DNA of 63,450 bases, filler included, from Octopus bimaculoides (taxonomy: Eukaryota), in NCBI RefSeq assembly GCF_001194135.2. It is 7 parts of 7 records of this genome, joined end to end, with 100 filler letters (N's around TTAATTAATTAA, not from the genome) between each part and the next. Parts side by side here need not be neighbours in the genome. Positions count along the whole stretch, not along the records: positions 47,555 to 63,450 come from NC_068994.1; 6 more parts are not named here. One strand, written 5' to 3'. The stretch's first letter is position 1; every line of letters starts with the position of its first letter. Under the pieces are notes generated by a model that was given only the letters and a program-made list of their open reading frames with translations, was not told the DNA's origin and made no database searches. The translations under genes were made by a program, and so were the position numbers. This document shows positions 51,046 through 63,450 of this stretch, piece by piece.

Positions 51046-54000
51046 ATTAAAAACAGAATCCATATGCCGATTTTGTTTTCAATGAAACACATAACCACGG
51101 TAGTATTAAAATAATATATTTTATACAAGAAATTAATATCACGAATTTAAGAATAGGAAAAGTAATTCTATAAGAGACAAACATCCCTTATTATATAAGC
51201 ATATTTACTCTTGATCATGAATATATATATCATCATATATAAAACTTATGAAAAGTTGTAGATGTACGAGAAGTTTTCCAGAAATAACTAGCATAAGCGC
51301 AAGTCTTCCTTTCTATGTAATAGTTATAAAAAGCATGCATATTATTATTTGTAAAGAACCTATCTCGAGCAAAGGTCTCCTTGTTAACGGCAGTAAACTA
51401 AAAGCTATAGAGAAACTATGGAGAACCTTTTTACAACGGATACTTGCGCTTTAACGCTTCGTTGTCTAAATATGCATGGAACTTTAAGGATATTAGATAT
51501 AGAGAATTACACGACTGGCTGCTCTACTTTTGAACTCGTGTGATTTTATATCAATAGCAGCTGGCAGAATAATATTTACCTGTCTGAGAAATATCAGATT
51601 TCATTACAAAAGTTTGCAACGAAGAACAAAAATTTGAATCAATTAAATTGTATTGAAATTTTCCATTGCTATTTATTGAGAAATTTCCACTTGCTACTAG
51701 GCATTTTTAGATCACAATATGTTTTGTATACTGTTAAAATTATTTTCATATTTCAAAAGTATATTTCTATTCTTATATAATGTCTTAATTTTACGTGGTC
51801 ATTATAAAATGTTTCTTTGCCTATGCTGTACGAGTCTCCACATTGCATTATATGCTTTGAAATACGATATAATTTTGAACGGTTATATTAGCCACCAATC
51901 ATATATAGATGTGTTTTCAAATATTTTGTGATATATCTTTATTTTGCTATTTCTCCAATCATGTGAATAATCGGAAAATTGAAACCCAGTGAAGCGATTC
52001 AGGAAGCCTCTAATAAAATATCAATCCCCGTGTGTGAAGTTTTCTATGATCATCACTGGCCCGAGTTACTATAAAGAACTATTGCCAATACAATATCCAT
52101 TCGGATTCTTATCCATTTAGATATCGGCGTTAATCGATGTTATAGATATAATATTATCATTGCATAAACTCACACGAAAATGCCATACACACACACATAC
52201 ATAGACAGACATATATATANNNNNNNNNNNNNNNNNNNNNNNNNNNNNNNNNNNNNNNNNNNNNNNNNNNNNNNNNNNNNNNNNNNNNNNNNNNNNNNNN
52301 NNNNNNNNNNNNNNNNNNNNNNNNNNNNNNNNNNNNNNNNNNNNNNNNNNNNNNNNNNNNNNNNNNNNNNNNNNNNNNNNNNNNNNNNNNNNNNNNNNNN
52401 NNNNNNNNNNNNNNNNNNNNNNNNNNNNNNNNNNNNNNNTATATATATTAGCTAAATTTGTAGGGTAATGCCGAAACAATGAGAGATGAAATACAATATA
52501 AACTACAGAAGGAGAAAGAGAGACCTATACTATAATATAATGAATTGACAAGCCTTTTTGTGAGATCAGCTTGGCTCCTTTCTAAACTCTCAATGCCCTT
52601 ACTACAAGCATTTCCCGGACACGTCGACCGCCCCAAAGAAATCTTTAAAAGACTCAAAAATATCGATCCCACAATACTTGGAAATAACGGACACCCTTCT
52701 AACTTAGGTGCAGATTCCTCATTCCACTTCTGTGCACGCTCTTTCGACAGTCGACATCCTAACTGACCGTGTCATGTTTCTTTTCTTTTACTCCTCTTCT
52801 ATTTCCTTTTTCTCCCCACCCCTCTTCACATCTTTTTCTTCTCCCTCTTCGCTTTCTTAAAATTACTGTTTTACCTACTATTTTGAAGTAACAAACCCGA
52901 ACGCTATATGTGATCACTTACGTTTTTCACTAATTTTCAAACCCATGGTTAATATTGGAAATTATTCAAGATTGCAATGATTCCCATCTGTGGCTGATGT
53001 TCATGTGTTAAGCTGGGTGGTTTTTTATGCTATAATTGCTCAGCAACTCCGAATATGAAACGCATCACGGTATATTATAAGCAACGGACTATATCATTTA
53101 ACATTTTAAACATATCCTCATGCGCACACGTGTGTGTACATATATGTGTGTTTTCTTTTTACTATAACTTTATCCTTTGCTTTGTTTTTCCTTTTCGTCT
53201 TTCTTTTTCTGTCTCTCTTTATACTGTATATCTTTGAATTTTTGTCTTTCTTCCTTGTTTCTTTATTTCTTTATATTTATCTTTCATTATTTGACTCTTT
53301 CATTATAAATTCTGCTCCTTTTCCTTTTCTTTTCTTCGCCTTATATCACGCTTCTTTCTTTCTTTCCTTGCATTTCTTGAATTTTCTCATTTCTATTCCA
53401 ATTTTCTGCTTTGTTCTCTCTTTCTTTTTTTATCTTTATTTCCTTCATTTATATTCATTCTTCCAATTCTTTTGTATATGCCTTTCGCTTTCTTTTCTTT
53501 ACTCGTTTTAACCGCGATTACATTGTTTAAAAATGTCAAAAGTGTGTGAATATAAATGGAACAAGATGAAGCCTCTGAGGAAGGAAATGAACGAAAAGAT
53601 AAGACAAAGTCGAACAATGATAGAGACGACAGGATAGAAGAATTGAACAAGAACATGGTAAGAAGCAGTGCGTGGTCATTACTAAATACATGCTTCTTGC
53701 CTCTCGCTACGAGATAGCAGCTGTTGCTTTCTTCCATTCGGTTCCGATATGGCGTCTGCTTCCATATTTTCTGATCAGTCTACTAACACGCTAGTGACTC
53801 TTCTTTATAGCTAGAGACACTTACGTACAAGATGGCGCCTATTTTCATTTAACGATCGTTTATTGATTTAACATGCAGGTGGTTGCAATAAATCACATGT
53901 TTCATTGAGCAGAGATCAGAACCATTCAACATATCTTCTTTCATTGTATTGTAGGCAAGTCAACATAGCGGAACTCACCCTTCCCCGACGCATTACCCAC

Positions 54001-54423
54001 AGGAATATGGTAGCCCAAAGCTTCAAGCACACGAAAATCTCTTTAATTCTTCAATACTACAAACTCTTACTGTAAAGTGCCGGCAATTCATTGTGGTATT
54101 TAGGAGAGGGGACGAAGTTCTTTGTCAATGACATGGTATATGGCTATTGATAGGATCTCAGCTGGTGACTGTTCAGTTTATAGTATCTTATCAACAGCTA
54201 CAAATGATTCAGTAATTCTAATAATATATTGCTATGTACTTATTTCATATCGCAGTTTGTGAAAAATAGCGTCACTCGTTAAAGGTATCGTACTGGAAAA
54301 CCATCAGTCATGATAGTTCCGACGGCGTGAGAAACAAAGAAGTAAGGAAGTGTCTCTTAACTAGTGGTGGAACAAATATCAATTGAAATTTTATTCATGT
54401 AAATTTTATATACATATATATAC

Positions 54424-54478
<55 letters not shown>

Positions 54479-54873
54479 NNNNNNNNNNNNNNNNNNNNNN
54501 NNNNNNNNNNNNNNNNNNNNNNNNNNNNNNNNNNNNNNNNNNNNNNNNNNNNNNNNNNNNNNNNNNNNNNNNNNNNNNNNNNNNNNNNNNNNNNNNNNNN
54601 NNNNNNNNNNNNNNNNNNNNNNNNNNNNNNNNNNNNNNNNNNNNNNNNNNNNNNNNNNNNNNNNNNNNNNNNNNNNNNNNNNNNNNNNNNNNNNNNNNNN
54701 NNNNNNNNNNNNNNNNNNNNNNNNNNNNNNNNNNNNNNNNNNNNNNNNNNNNNNNNNNNNNNNNNNNNNNNNNNNNNNNNNNNNNNNNNNNNNNNNNNNN
54801 NNNNNNNNNNNNNNNNNNNNNNNNNNNNNNNNNNNNNNNNNNNNNNNNNNNNNNNNNNNNNNNNNNNNNNNNN

Positions 54874-54911
<38 letters not shown>

Positions 54912-55029
54912 CAGAGTAAGCACATAATTGCGAAACAAGGTAGAAAAAATAGTACTCGAATACCAGAGGTAGAGTATAATGCTTTATTGAAAAGCAGCAA
55001 AAATATCACATCTGAGTAACAGTTTTTGT

Positions 55030-55580
55030 GATATTTTTCTGTCATTTGACTGCGGCCATGCTGGAGCACCGACTTTTTCGAACATATCGACCCCAGGACT
55101 TATTCTATGTAAGCGTAGTCCTTATTCTATTGGTCTTATTTGCCGAAACGCTAGATTACGGAGACGTAAACACACCGACATCGGTTGTCAAGCGATGGTA
55201 GGGAGACGAACACATACACATACAAAAGCATACATATGTATATACGACGAGCTTCTTTCAGTTTCCGTCTACTAAATCCACTCACAAGGCTCGTGGTATG
55301 TATGTATATGCATATGTTTATGTGGGTGCCTTTGCATCTATGTTTGTCCTCCCGCCAATCCACCATCACTTGACAACCGGTGTTGGAGCGTTTCATTAGC
55401 GGTTCGGCAAAAGAGATCGGTTCGGTAAATTAGCGGTTCGGCAAAAGGAGCGATAGAATAAGTACTAGGCTTACAGAGAATAAGTCCTGGAGGTCGATTC
55501 CTTCAATTAAAAATCCCTTTAGGGATGTGCTCCAGCATGGCCATAAACAAATGATTGAAACAACTGAAGGAATAAAAGAA
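55030..55580. mobile_element. Inverted pair of SINE-A modules (minus 55030-55290, plus 55335-55580)
   Basis: gtcatttgactgcggccatgctggagcacc versus gtgctccagcatggccataaacaaatgattgaaac. Confidence 0.8.
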
Positions 55581-55667
55581 TTTTATTGACTAACGCAGTT
55601 CGCATTGTCTTTTTGCACTATACATGCAATATCTTATATATGCAATAGTTAAATTATATATTCTTTT

Positions 55668-55873
55668 CTACTCTAGGCACAAGACCCCAAATTTTGGGGT
55701 TGGGAGTCAGTCGATTAGATTGATCCCAGTACGCAACTGGTACTTAGTTTATCGACCCCGAAAGGATGAAAGGCATAGTCGACCTCAGCAGAATTTGAGC
55801 TCAGAACGTAAAGACAGACGAAATACCGCGAAGCATTTCGCCCGGCGTGCTAACGTTTCTGCCAGCTCGCCGC
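55668..55873 (-). mobile_element. SINE-D, near full length
   Basis: Head ggcggcgagctggcagaaacgttagcacgccgggcgaaatgc, core and tail are all present. More decayed copies lie at 34860-35240 (-), 58860-59045 (+), 61078-61255 (+) and 62715-62830 (-). Confidence 0.85.
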
Positions 55874-56559
55874 TTCAGTTAAATTACATATTATGTACTT
55901 TAGTATGTTTTGTTGTTGCATATGATCCTCTGGTCTACGAAAACAATTGTCTTGCATGAAATAGGTCGGTGATGCAAAAAAGGTTGGGACCTCTGATGTA
56001 TGCAATATAATTATATTAAGAAAAGTGAAAAATAGAAACAGCATGATTAAATAATTAAAATGTATGGAAATATTTTTAAAACTGCAGTATGTAAAGGTTT
56101 TAGTCATTAAAGCTGATCAATGAAATCAGCAAATAGTTTTCTGTGTTATGTATGCTCCTCAGCGAAGCATTTTATTTCTTTGGCATGAAAATTAGTAACC
56201 AAAATAGATAGAGGGATTTAGTAACGCTGATTATAAATACCAACAATATATTGAGGTAACTATCTTCTTCCGCTCAGGTGCTACATTTCTGTTTTCCAAA
56301 AATGCTATTTAACAATTAAGCTTACCTTCATTGATTTTAGTTTTTAGATTTTAAGCATCTTTACAAGGAGTTTCTGTGTATTAATAGCGGGGATAAATTC
56401 GGTTAATGGAAATTTCTTTACGCACACTATGTTGCATGTGGAAAATTCGATCGCATCTGTGGTGGATGAATGCTTTTTTTTTTGTTTCTAACTACCGCAC
56501 CATATACATTGTCCATTTATTCATATTCTCCGTTCATTATTCTTGGGAGGGTCTTGAAT

Positions 56560-57300
56560 ATAGAGTCTGCAGGCACCTCAACTATAGCGTCCCATCAGAA
56601 GTAATCATCATTATACTTTCCAGCTGAATTCTCAAGACTGATCAACTGCGATAATGGATATTATCCAACCATTTCGTTCTTAGTCTACCACTAGGTCACC
56701 CGCTGGCTTCAAGATTCCATCTTGTGATTCCATTCCGTGACATTCTAATCGTGTGTCTAAAATCCCGGATTTATGACCTCTCAAGGCAAAGAAGTAACGG
56801 CTCGGCCTAGAGAAACTTCCTGATCTCTGAGAAGTGCATCCTGTCGAGTAATGTCATTGAGAATATCCTCTAGGGGATTTCGAACGCTTGCATTGACTAT
56901 CGTACTCTTTCGGTCATTACCTAACATTGATGGCCATAGTTGAGTACGAGTACGGAAACTGAATTGAAGAAAACGATTTTAGCTATTTTTTGCAAACGTC
57001 TCTTCTTCCGAGGATCGAATGAAGAAACTGGCGCATTATTCTGCCCCAGCATCTGCAATTCTGGCATCCAGTTCAACTTCCAGCATCCTTGTCACCCGTG
57101 AATACACCCTCGAGATATTTAAACTCTTCCATGTGTGTCAGAATGCATTGGAAATTCTATCTTGAAAGGACCAATATTTTTGTCTTCACAACACAACTTC
57201 TCATCTCTGCTTTGCGATTTGGTGTTTCTCCACAGACCCCGTATTCACAAGTCTCGTAGCCACAGTAGACATATGATGGGATGTTGTCTTTATCTTACTA
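56560..57300 (-). mobile_element. Old RTE-clade (Expander/Rex3-like) LINE, ORF2 3' fragment
   Basis: Degenerate translation AEMRS..KTKILVLSR..MEEFKYL.GVFT..LEVELDARI..A..IMR..AKIVFFNSV.V.VLNYGHQC*VMTERVR..QAFE..EPLLLCLERS..F.H.IRM..P.GRLRTKWLD matches the RTE post-RT region. Many stops and frameshifts. Confidence 0.75.
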
Positions 57301-58135
57301 ACTTAAGCCATAAAAATTCTCATTGCGATACATACAATTGATGATCATAAATTAATTAGTTCGTCTCTTGACAATTATGGAACAAATCCACCTCACTTTA
57401 ATTCATTCATAAGCGGACTCCTGTTGTCTTTGAGAAAATAAAATGTGAGATGATTTCTTCAACTATTATGTAATTACCTTACAGGATGGCGTCTTAAATC
57501 TGTTCTCAATTTTCTAAAAATAGTGGTTATTGTTTGCTGTTTGTTAATTTCCTTACGACTTCTACTCATTGCTGTCGTCCACATATTTGTAAGGTGACGT
57601 CTATGTATTGCGAATCCAATCGCGTACTTATACCAAAATTTATATTAATTGCTGCTTGTCTGTAATAGAATAGATTAATGGTTATTCTTTTCTCTTTCTT
57701 TCTTCCCTTTCTTATATTTATTCATATATTTATTTAATTATTTATTTTCATTTTCTGGGAGTTGATTACGACAACTTCGCGATGTCCTATTATAGGAAGA
57801 GTCACTCAAATTAGACGCTGAATGTTATGGATGGGAAAACCATAAACCAGCGGTCAGTATGCGTAAGTTTAATGTTGTGAATATTGGGGGACCAGTATCA
57901 AGCTGCGGCCAATAAAAGCTGTTGGATCTGTGAGTATTTTGGGACATAAGTAAAAATGTTATTCTTAGTTTCCATCAGACACAAAAGAGATGATATTTTA
58001 GTATGATATTGTTGTAATGGTGTCACTGTATCGTAATAATGTTTAAAGTGATAGTTCAGGTGTCAGTTGCAGGAGAAGTTGCATAATTTGAAACAGGATG
58101 AGATTATACATCTCATCATCGTAGTCATTTTGTGC

Positions 58136-58173
<38 letters not shown>

Positions 58174-58183
58174 NNNNNNNNNN

Positions 58184-58229
<46 letters not shown>

Positions 58230-58353
58230 GAAAGAGAGAGAGGGGGGAACAGAGAGGGAGAGAGAGGGAGAGAGAGGGGAAAGAGAGAGATAAATAGATA
58301 GATAGAGCGATAGTGACACAAAGATATATACAAATATGAATTTACATATATGC

Positions 58354-58417
<64 letters not shown>

Positions 58418-58789
58418 GTATATAGATAAACGAGTGCCCACACGTATATCTGCATATGTATATAGATATATAAAATAGATATTAATATATATGCGTGTAT
58501 ATTTGTATCTATATCTATCTATACACAAAGACACACAGATACATTCACATGCACACACACATATATATATGTATATATACATGTGTGATATATATAATAT
58601 ATATAATAGATCATATATATACNNNNNNNNNNNNNNNNNNNNNNNNNNNNNNNNNNNNNNNNNNNNNNNNNNNNNNNNNNNNNNNNNNNNNNNNNNNNNN
58701 NNNNNNNNNNNNNNNNNNNNNNNNNNNNNNNNNNNNNNNNNNNNNNNNNNNNNNNNNNNNNNNNNNNNNNNNNNNNNNNNNNNNNNNNN

Positions 58790-58825
<36 letters not shown>

Positions 58826-59043
58826 TTTATGATATTTCAGGCTTTGTACCTGACAAGCCGGCAGAATCTTTAGACAAAATTCTTGGCGGTATTTTTTCCC
58901 GTTTTACGTTCAAATTCCGCCGCGTTCGATTTAGCCTTTCGTATTTTCGGTGTCGAGAAAAGTACTTACCATTTAAGTACTGAGTTCGATGTTATCGACG
59001 AGCCCGCTTCCTCAAGATTGCAGGCCTTGTGTCAAAAACTCGT

Positions 59044-59661
59044 CATTATTATTTTTATTATTACTAAGTGAGTGATCAGTGCACGCCATCAAAGTGACAC
59101 TGGGGTACAAATATACGAAGCCCAATATACCCATCATGACTACCCGTCTGATAAGGGTACACCAGGCATATACATCACAACTATATATGCGCGACATGGT
59201 GAGCTCAAGTGTGGGGAGGGGGTTTGGCAGAGGCAGTAGCGAAATATCTTCATGTAATACAACACATACATTTAAAATGATAGGGTTCTTCTAAAGATGT
59301 GGGCAGTACTTGTAAGCACAATCTTCTGGATTTCTCTGACAAATGGTTCTCCTGGGATCTTATCTAGATGTTTCTGTCATCCCTTTTTTATCATACTTAG
59401 GGCACCTACAATAACGGGTACAGTTCTCGCTTTAAGATGTCACATCTTTTGTAATTCAATTTTCATATCATTCTATTTACTTAATTTGTCAAATTCTTTT
59501 ACAGATATATTTTTTATCAGTGGGAACATTTACATGTATTAGTCTACAAGTGTTTTCCCCATAGTCTTTAATAATTATGTCTGGTCGATTAGTGCTGACT
59601 GAAAAATCTGTCAGTGCTTACTGGAAAATCCCACAGAATAGTGACATTTTTACCTTCAACG
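59044..59661 (-). mobile_element. R4/Dong-type non-LTR retrotransposon 3' fragment (second family) with 3' UTR
   Basis: Reads VEGKNVTILWDFPVSTD..NRPDIIIKDY..TCRLIHVNVPTDK/NISVKEFDKLSK*..ELQKM*HLKARTVPVIVGALSMIKKG*QKHLDKIPG..EIQKIVLTSTAHIFRRTL (RPD..D..K RLE motif). Both ends abut TAA repeats. Confidence 0.88.
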
Positions 59662-59745
<84 letters not shown>

Positions 59746-60410
59746 ATTATTATTATTATCATTATTGCAAATATATTTTATTTACTCTTTCTGGTGTCGC
59801 CCGATACATCAGGCTATAAATGGACATCAACTCAGCAATCCGATTGGCGGTGTAGTTTAAACGAAAGAAAATGAAATGAGGTTTGCATCTTCTTCCGTTG
59901 CTTTCATGTTAATTCCAGCGCCAAAGACAAAAGACATTTTCTTCAAAGAAAGGCGGGTTACAGTTATAAGCGAACATTTTAACAGTATATAATGATCGGA
60001 AAACAGTCGGTGCAATTTTACATGTAAAGCAAGCATTAGTGAGATTCAACCAAGTTATTCTTCTAGATGCTGGTAGTAGACTAATAAATAGAACAACTTC
60101 AAGCTGTTTGCATAATGAATGGAAAGGTTTTATTTGTGAATGAATGTATGAAATAAAACATATTGTATAAAACATTTAAGTGAACGAATAGATACAGTAC
60201 AGAGACAGATGTTCCCTCACATATTTCTAAAATGCTATGCACCTCAATTTCCCCCCATCCTCGGAGTAAAATACCAGCAATCCAGTGGATGTTACGGACG
60301 GGAGACATAAAATACAACGATATATGATATATATCTTTCAAATGTATGATTTAGCTTTATCTGAGTGAGACTTCGAGTAAACTTGTACAAATACAAAGCA
60401 AATGTCAAAC

Positions 60411-60531
<121 letters not shown>

Positions 60532-60532
60532 C

Positions 60533-60566
<34 letters not shown>

Positions 60567-60582
60567 CAACAATAACAATAAC

Positions 60583-60648
<66 letters not shown>

Positions 60649-61419
60649 CGAAAACGTGATTTAAGCACTGGTTGTTATTAACATTTAAGTTAAGATCATT
60701 GTGACCAAATAGTTAAGAAGTTCATTAGGAAAACCACGAACACCGAGATCCATCTGTCTATGTAGAGTCTTTTGCAGTTATAATCTTTTAGAGCCTCGGT
60801 TCGATGCATGTCTTTTTGACGAAATTGAGTGAAGCTTATATAAAGCCCATCAGAAAAAAAAAATTAATGTAATTCAATGGTACAGCCCTCTGAAAACACT
60901 ATATACCACATTTATTTTGCCTGACAATCACTTTGTGGGTATTTGTGGTAATACAATGTTCAGTCACTAATGCGTTAGTTCAGGGGCAGGTAATACAGTT
61001 GAGCTCTCACCGTCAAACGACGTTTACTCACCGGACAATAATATACCATAACAGTCACCATCAGCAGTAAGAAATTGCAAAATCGTTAGCGCGTCGATCA
61101 AAATGCTTGGTAGAATTTCTTCCAGCACATTGCTATTGCCTTTCATCCTTTCAGGGTCGATTAAATAAATACCAGTTGAGCACTGGAGTGGGTGTCATTG
61201 AACAGCATTTCTTCCCCAAAATTTCGGGCTTTCTGCCTCTAACAAAAAGAATTATTAGCAATCATTAGGTCGGTGTTACCGCTCAAATCCCTTTCATGAA
61301 TGAACAAACAGACTGATGATAAACAATATACCGGGTTTATTATTTGAGATAAAAGGACAGTCGTAGGCATGTGTATTTGAGTCAAGAGCCATCTATCATT
61401 AGGACAACAATTGTTCCAC

Positions 61420-62348
61420 CTTATTTTATTTATTTATGCGCCCTTTTAAAGCCTAGCGAGGCTCATGGGCCCGGTTTCCCGGTTTCTATGGCGTATGTGT
61501 TTCCCCCCAGCTGGACGGGACGCCAGTCTATCGCAGCGTTACTCAAGAAACAGGAAGAAAGAGTGAGAGAAAATTGGGGCGAAAGAGTACAACAGGGGTT
61601 GTCACCACGGATCTTTTTTAAAACGGGGGCCACATTTTTCATTCACGAAACACTTTGAAACTTGGAACACTGGTAGACTGTGTCATATAAAACATCTTTT
61701 TCTCTTAGTCTTCTTTAAAAAAAAAGAAATCCCTAAGTTATTCCATGTTAAAGTTGTCGTATTTCTGTAATTTCAACCAATCACTGACGTCCATTCAGCC
61801 GATATACATTAAGTGCCGACTACATAAACAAACGATTCTGAAACAATTCTATCGGTGATAGGGTTAGGGTTAGGGTAAAACAGCAAATTTAAAAAGAAAA
61901 AAGCAAATAAAACGAAGAAAAAAAAAGAAAATGAAAAAAGCAAATTTAAAATGAAAAAAACAAATAAAACGAAGCTATGGCTTAATCAGCCAAAGGAGTA
62001 AATGTAAACAACTGAATACTTGTCAGTGATTGGTTGAAATTATCGAAATAAGACAATTTTTTACATGAAATAAATTCGAATACAAAAATATTTTTCTGTT
62101 CTATAACACAAAATAGATAAGTATACGAAGTTTGAAAGTCTTTCGGTACCAAAAACACTACGTAAAACATTAATGAAAAATGTGGCCCCCGTTTTAAAAA
62201 AGATCCGTCACCGCTCCCTGCCGGAACCCCGTGAAGCTTTTAGGTGTTTTCGCTCGATAAACACACACAACACACGGTCTGGGAATCGAAACCGCGATCC
62301 TTCAACCACGAGTCCGCTGCCCTAACCACTGGGCCTTTGCGCCTCTAA
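61420..62348 (-). mobile_element. SINE-B head with an alternative 3' module, interrupted by the 602-bp MITE
   Basis: Head at 62209-62348; tail gcgatagactggcgtcccgtccagctgggg..gggcccatgagcctcgctaggctttaaaagggcgcataaataaat at 61420-61606. The same tail occurs at 22172-22392 (+). Confidence 0.85.
61607..62208. mobile_element. 602-bp MITE with 37-bp perfect TIRs nested in a SINE (possibly CMC/Chapaev-related)
   Basis: ACGGATCTTTTTTAAAACGGGGGCCACATTTTTCATT at both ends (inverted). CACC is repeated on both flanks (61603-61606, 62209-62212). Internal inverted repeats around 61740-61800 and 62005-62070. Confidence 0.88.
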
Positions 62349-62966
62349 ATTCTTCCACCTTATTTCCAGTAAACAAAGGACTTAGATTTATGCAAAAGGG
62401 AGTAGAACGCATTTATGAATAAGGTAATTTGCATAATATAATCTAATTCAGTGTGGACAGCTAAACAACATAAACAAATAGAGCTCTACTAAATACAGTT
62501 CAGCATGAATTAATGATTTATGTTTTATCATATTTGATAGAGCTGTATTCCATAAATTATTGACTTACTAGAATGATTTTACTAAGAACAACCTCCTGAA
62601 TATGGGTGACGTATAATATTTACTATGGACAACGTATTAGGAAGCAGCATAAATTCTAATACGCCAGGAGTAAATATTCCGTTAATACTAAGGTCATTTG
62701 ATTTACGTAGACCCCTGTGCCCAGCTTCTATTTATTCCATCGACCCTCAGATGATAATAGAGAACAGTAACGATGACCTCGGTGGAATTTGAACTCTAAA
62801 CGTTGTGAGCTGCAAGAAATAGCACTAAAGATTAGCGCTAAATTAAGTTGATATCAATTTAATATGGGTGTGTGTGTGTATATATATATATAATATGGAT
62901 GTATGTATATGCAAATATATATATGTATGCATGTATGCGTGTGTGTGTATATATATATAGATAGAG

Positions 62967-63022
<56 letters not shown>

Positions 63023-63070
63023 TGATTGATAGAAAAACAGACGACAGACAGAAAGGCAGACAACAGATAC

Positions 63071-63120
<50 letters not shown>

Positions 63121-63162
63121 TGATTGATAGAAAAATAGACGACAGACAGAAAGGCAGACGAC

Positions 63163-63242
<80 letters not shown>

Positions 63243-63450
63243 TTAATATTGCGTTAGTCACCAATCGTCATTTCCTGTCTTCATTCATCTGTTGATGGAA
63301 GCACGACAACGCGAGTAACCAAGTAGCGACGAAAGCAAGCAAGCAAAATTTAGTTTCTTTCACTGTACTTAACAGGAGTATTATTGCTCTTGACTGAGAT
63401 GTACACCGGCGTGAAAACGCAACCACATATATATGTGCATATATATATAT

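Noticed and set aside
61032-61080. Strong minus-strand donor CCG|GTGAGT at 61031
   Set aside because: No acceptor or start before a SINE-D copy, so no exon can be supported.
61861-61876. TTAGGG repeats as a telomere or fusion scar
   Set aside because: Under three units, and located inside a MITE.

Overview
AT-rich, gappy (about 12% N) eukaryotic genomic DNA, not prokaryotic: there are no operons, CRISPR arrays, rRNA or true tRNA genes. The microsatellite load and tRNA-headed SINE families resemble an octopus (coleoid cephalopod) draft assembly; this is from my recall of those families, not a search. Almost all ORFs in the supplied track are microsatellite or gap artefacts. Real content: (1) A minus-strand spliced gene with a clear 177-nt VWC (chordin-type cysteine-rich) exon at 34315-34491, a probable signal-peptide exon at 42502-42588, and three weaker downstream exon candidates that join in frame. 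(2) A decayed Penelope-like retroelement (RT plus GIY-YIG) whose 3' end carries a tRNA-like Pol III head and a hammerhead-ribozyme fold, plus several other hammerhead-like motifs next to microsatellites. (3) Fragments of CR1/L2-type, RTE (Expander/Rex3-like) and two R4/Dong-type LINEs. (4) Mariner/Tc1 remnants and MITEs, two of them nested in SINEs with target-site duplications. (5) Dozens of modular SINE copies (labelled A-D here, my own labels). Repeat boundaries are approximate (about 10-20 nt) unless TIR, TSD or splice sites are quoted. All alignments and translations were done by eye.
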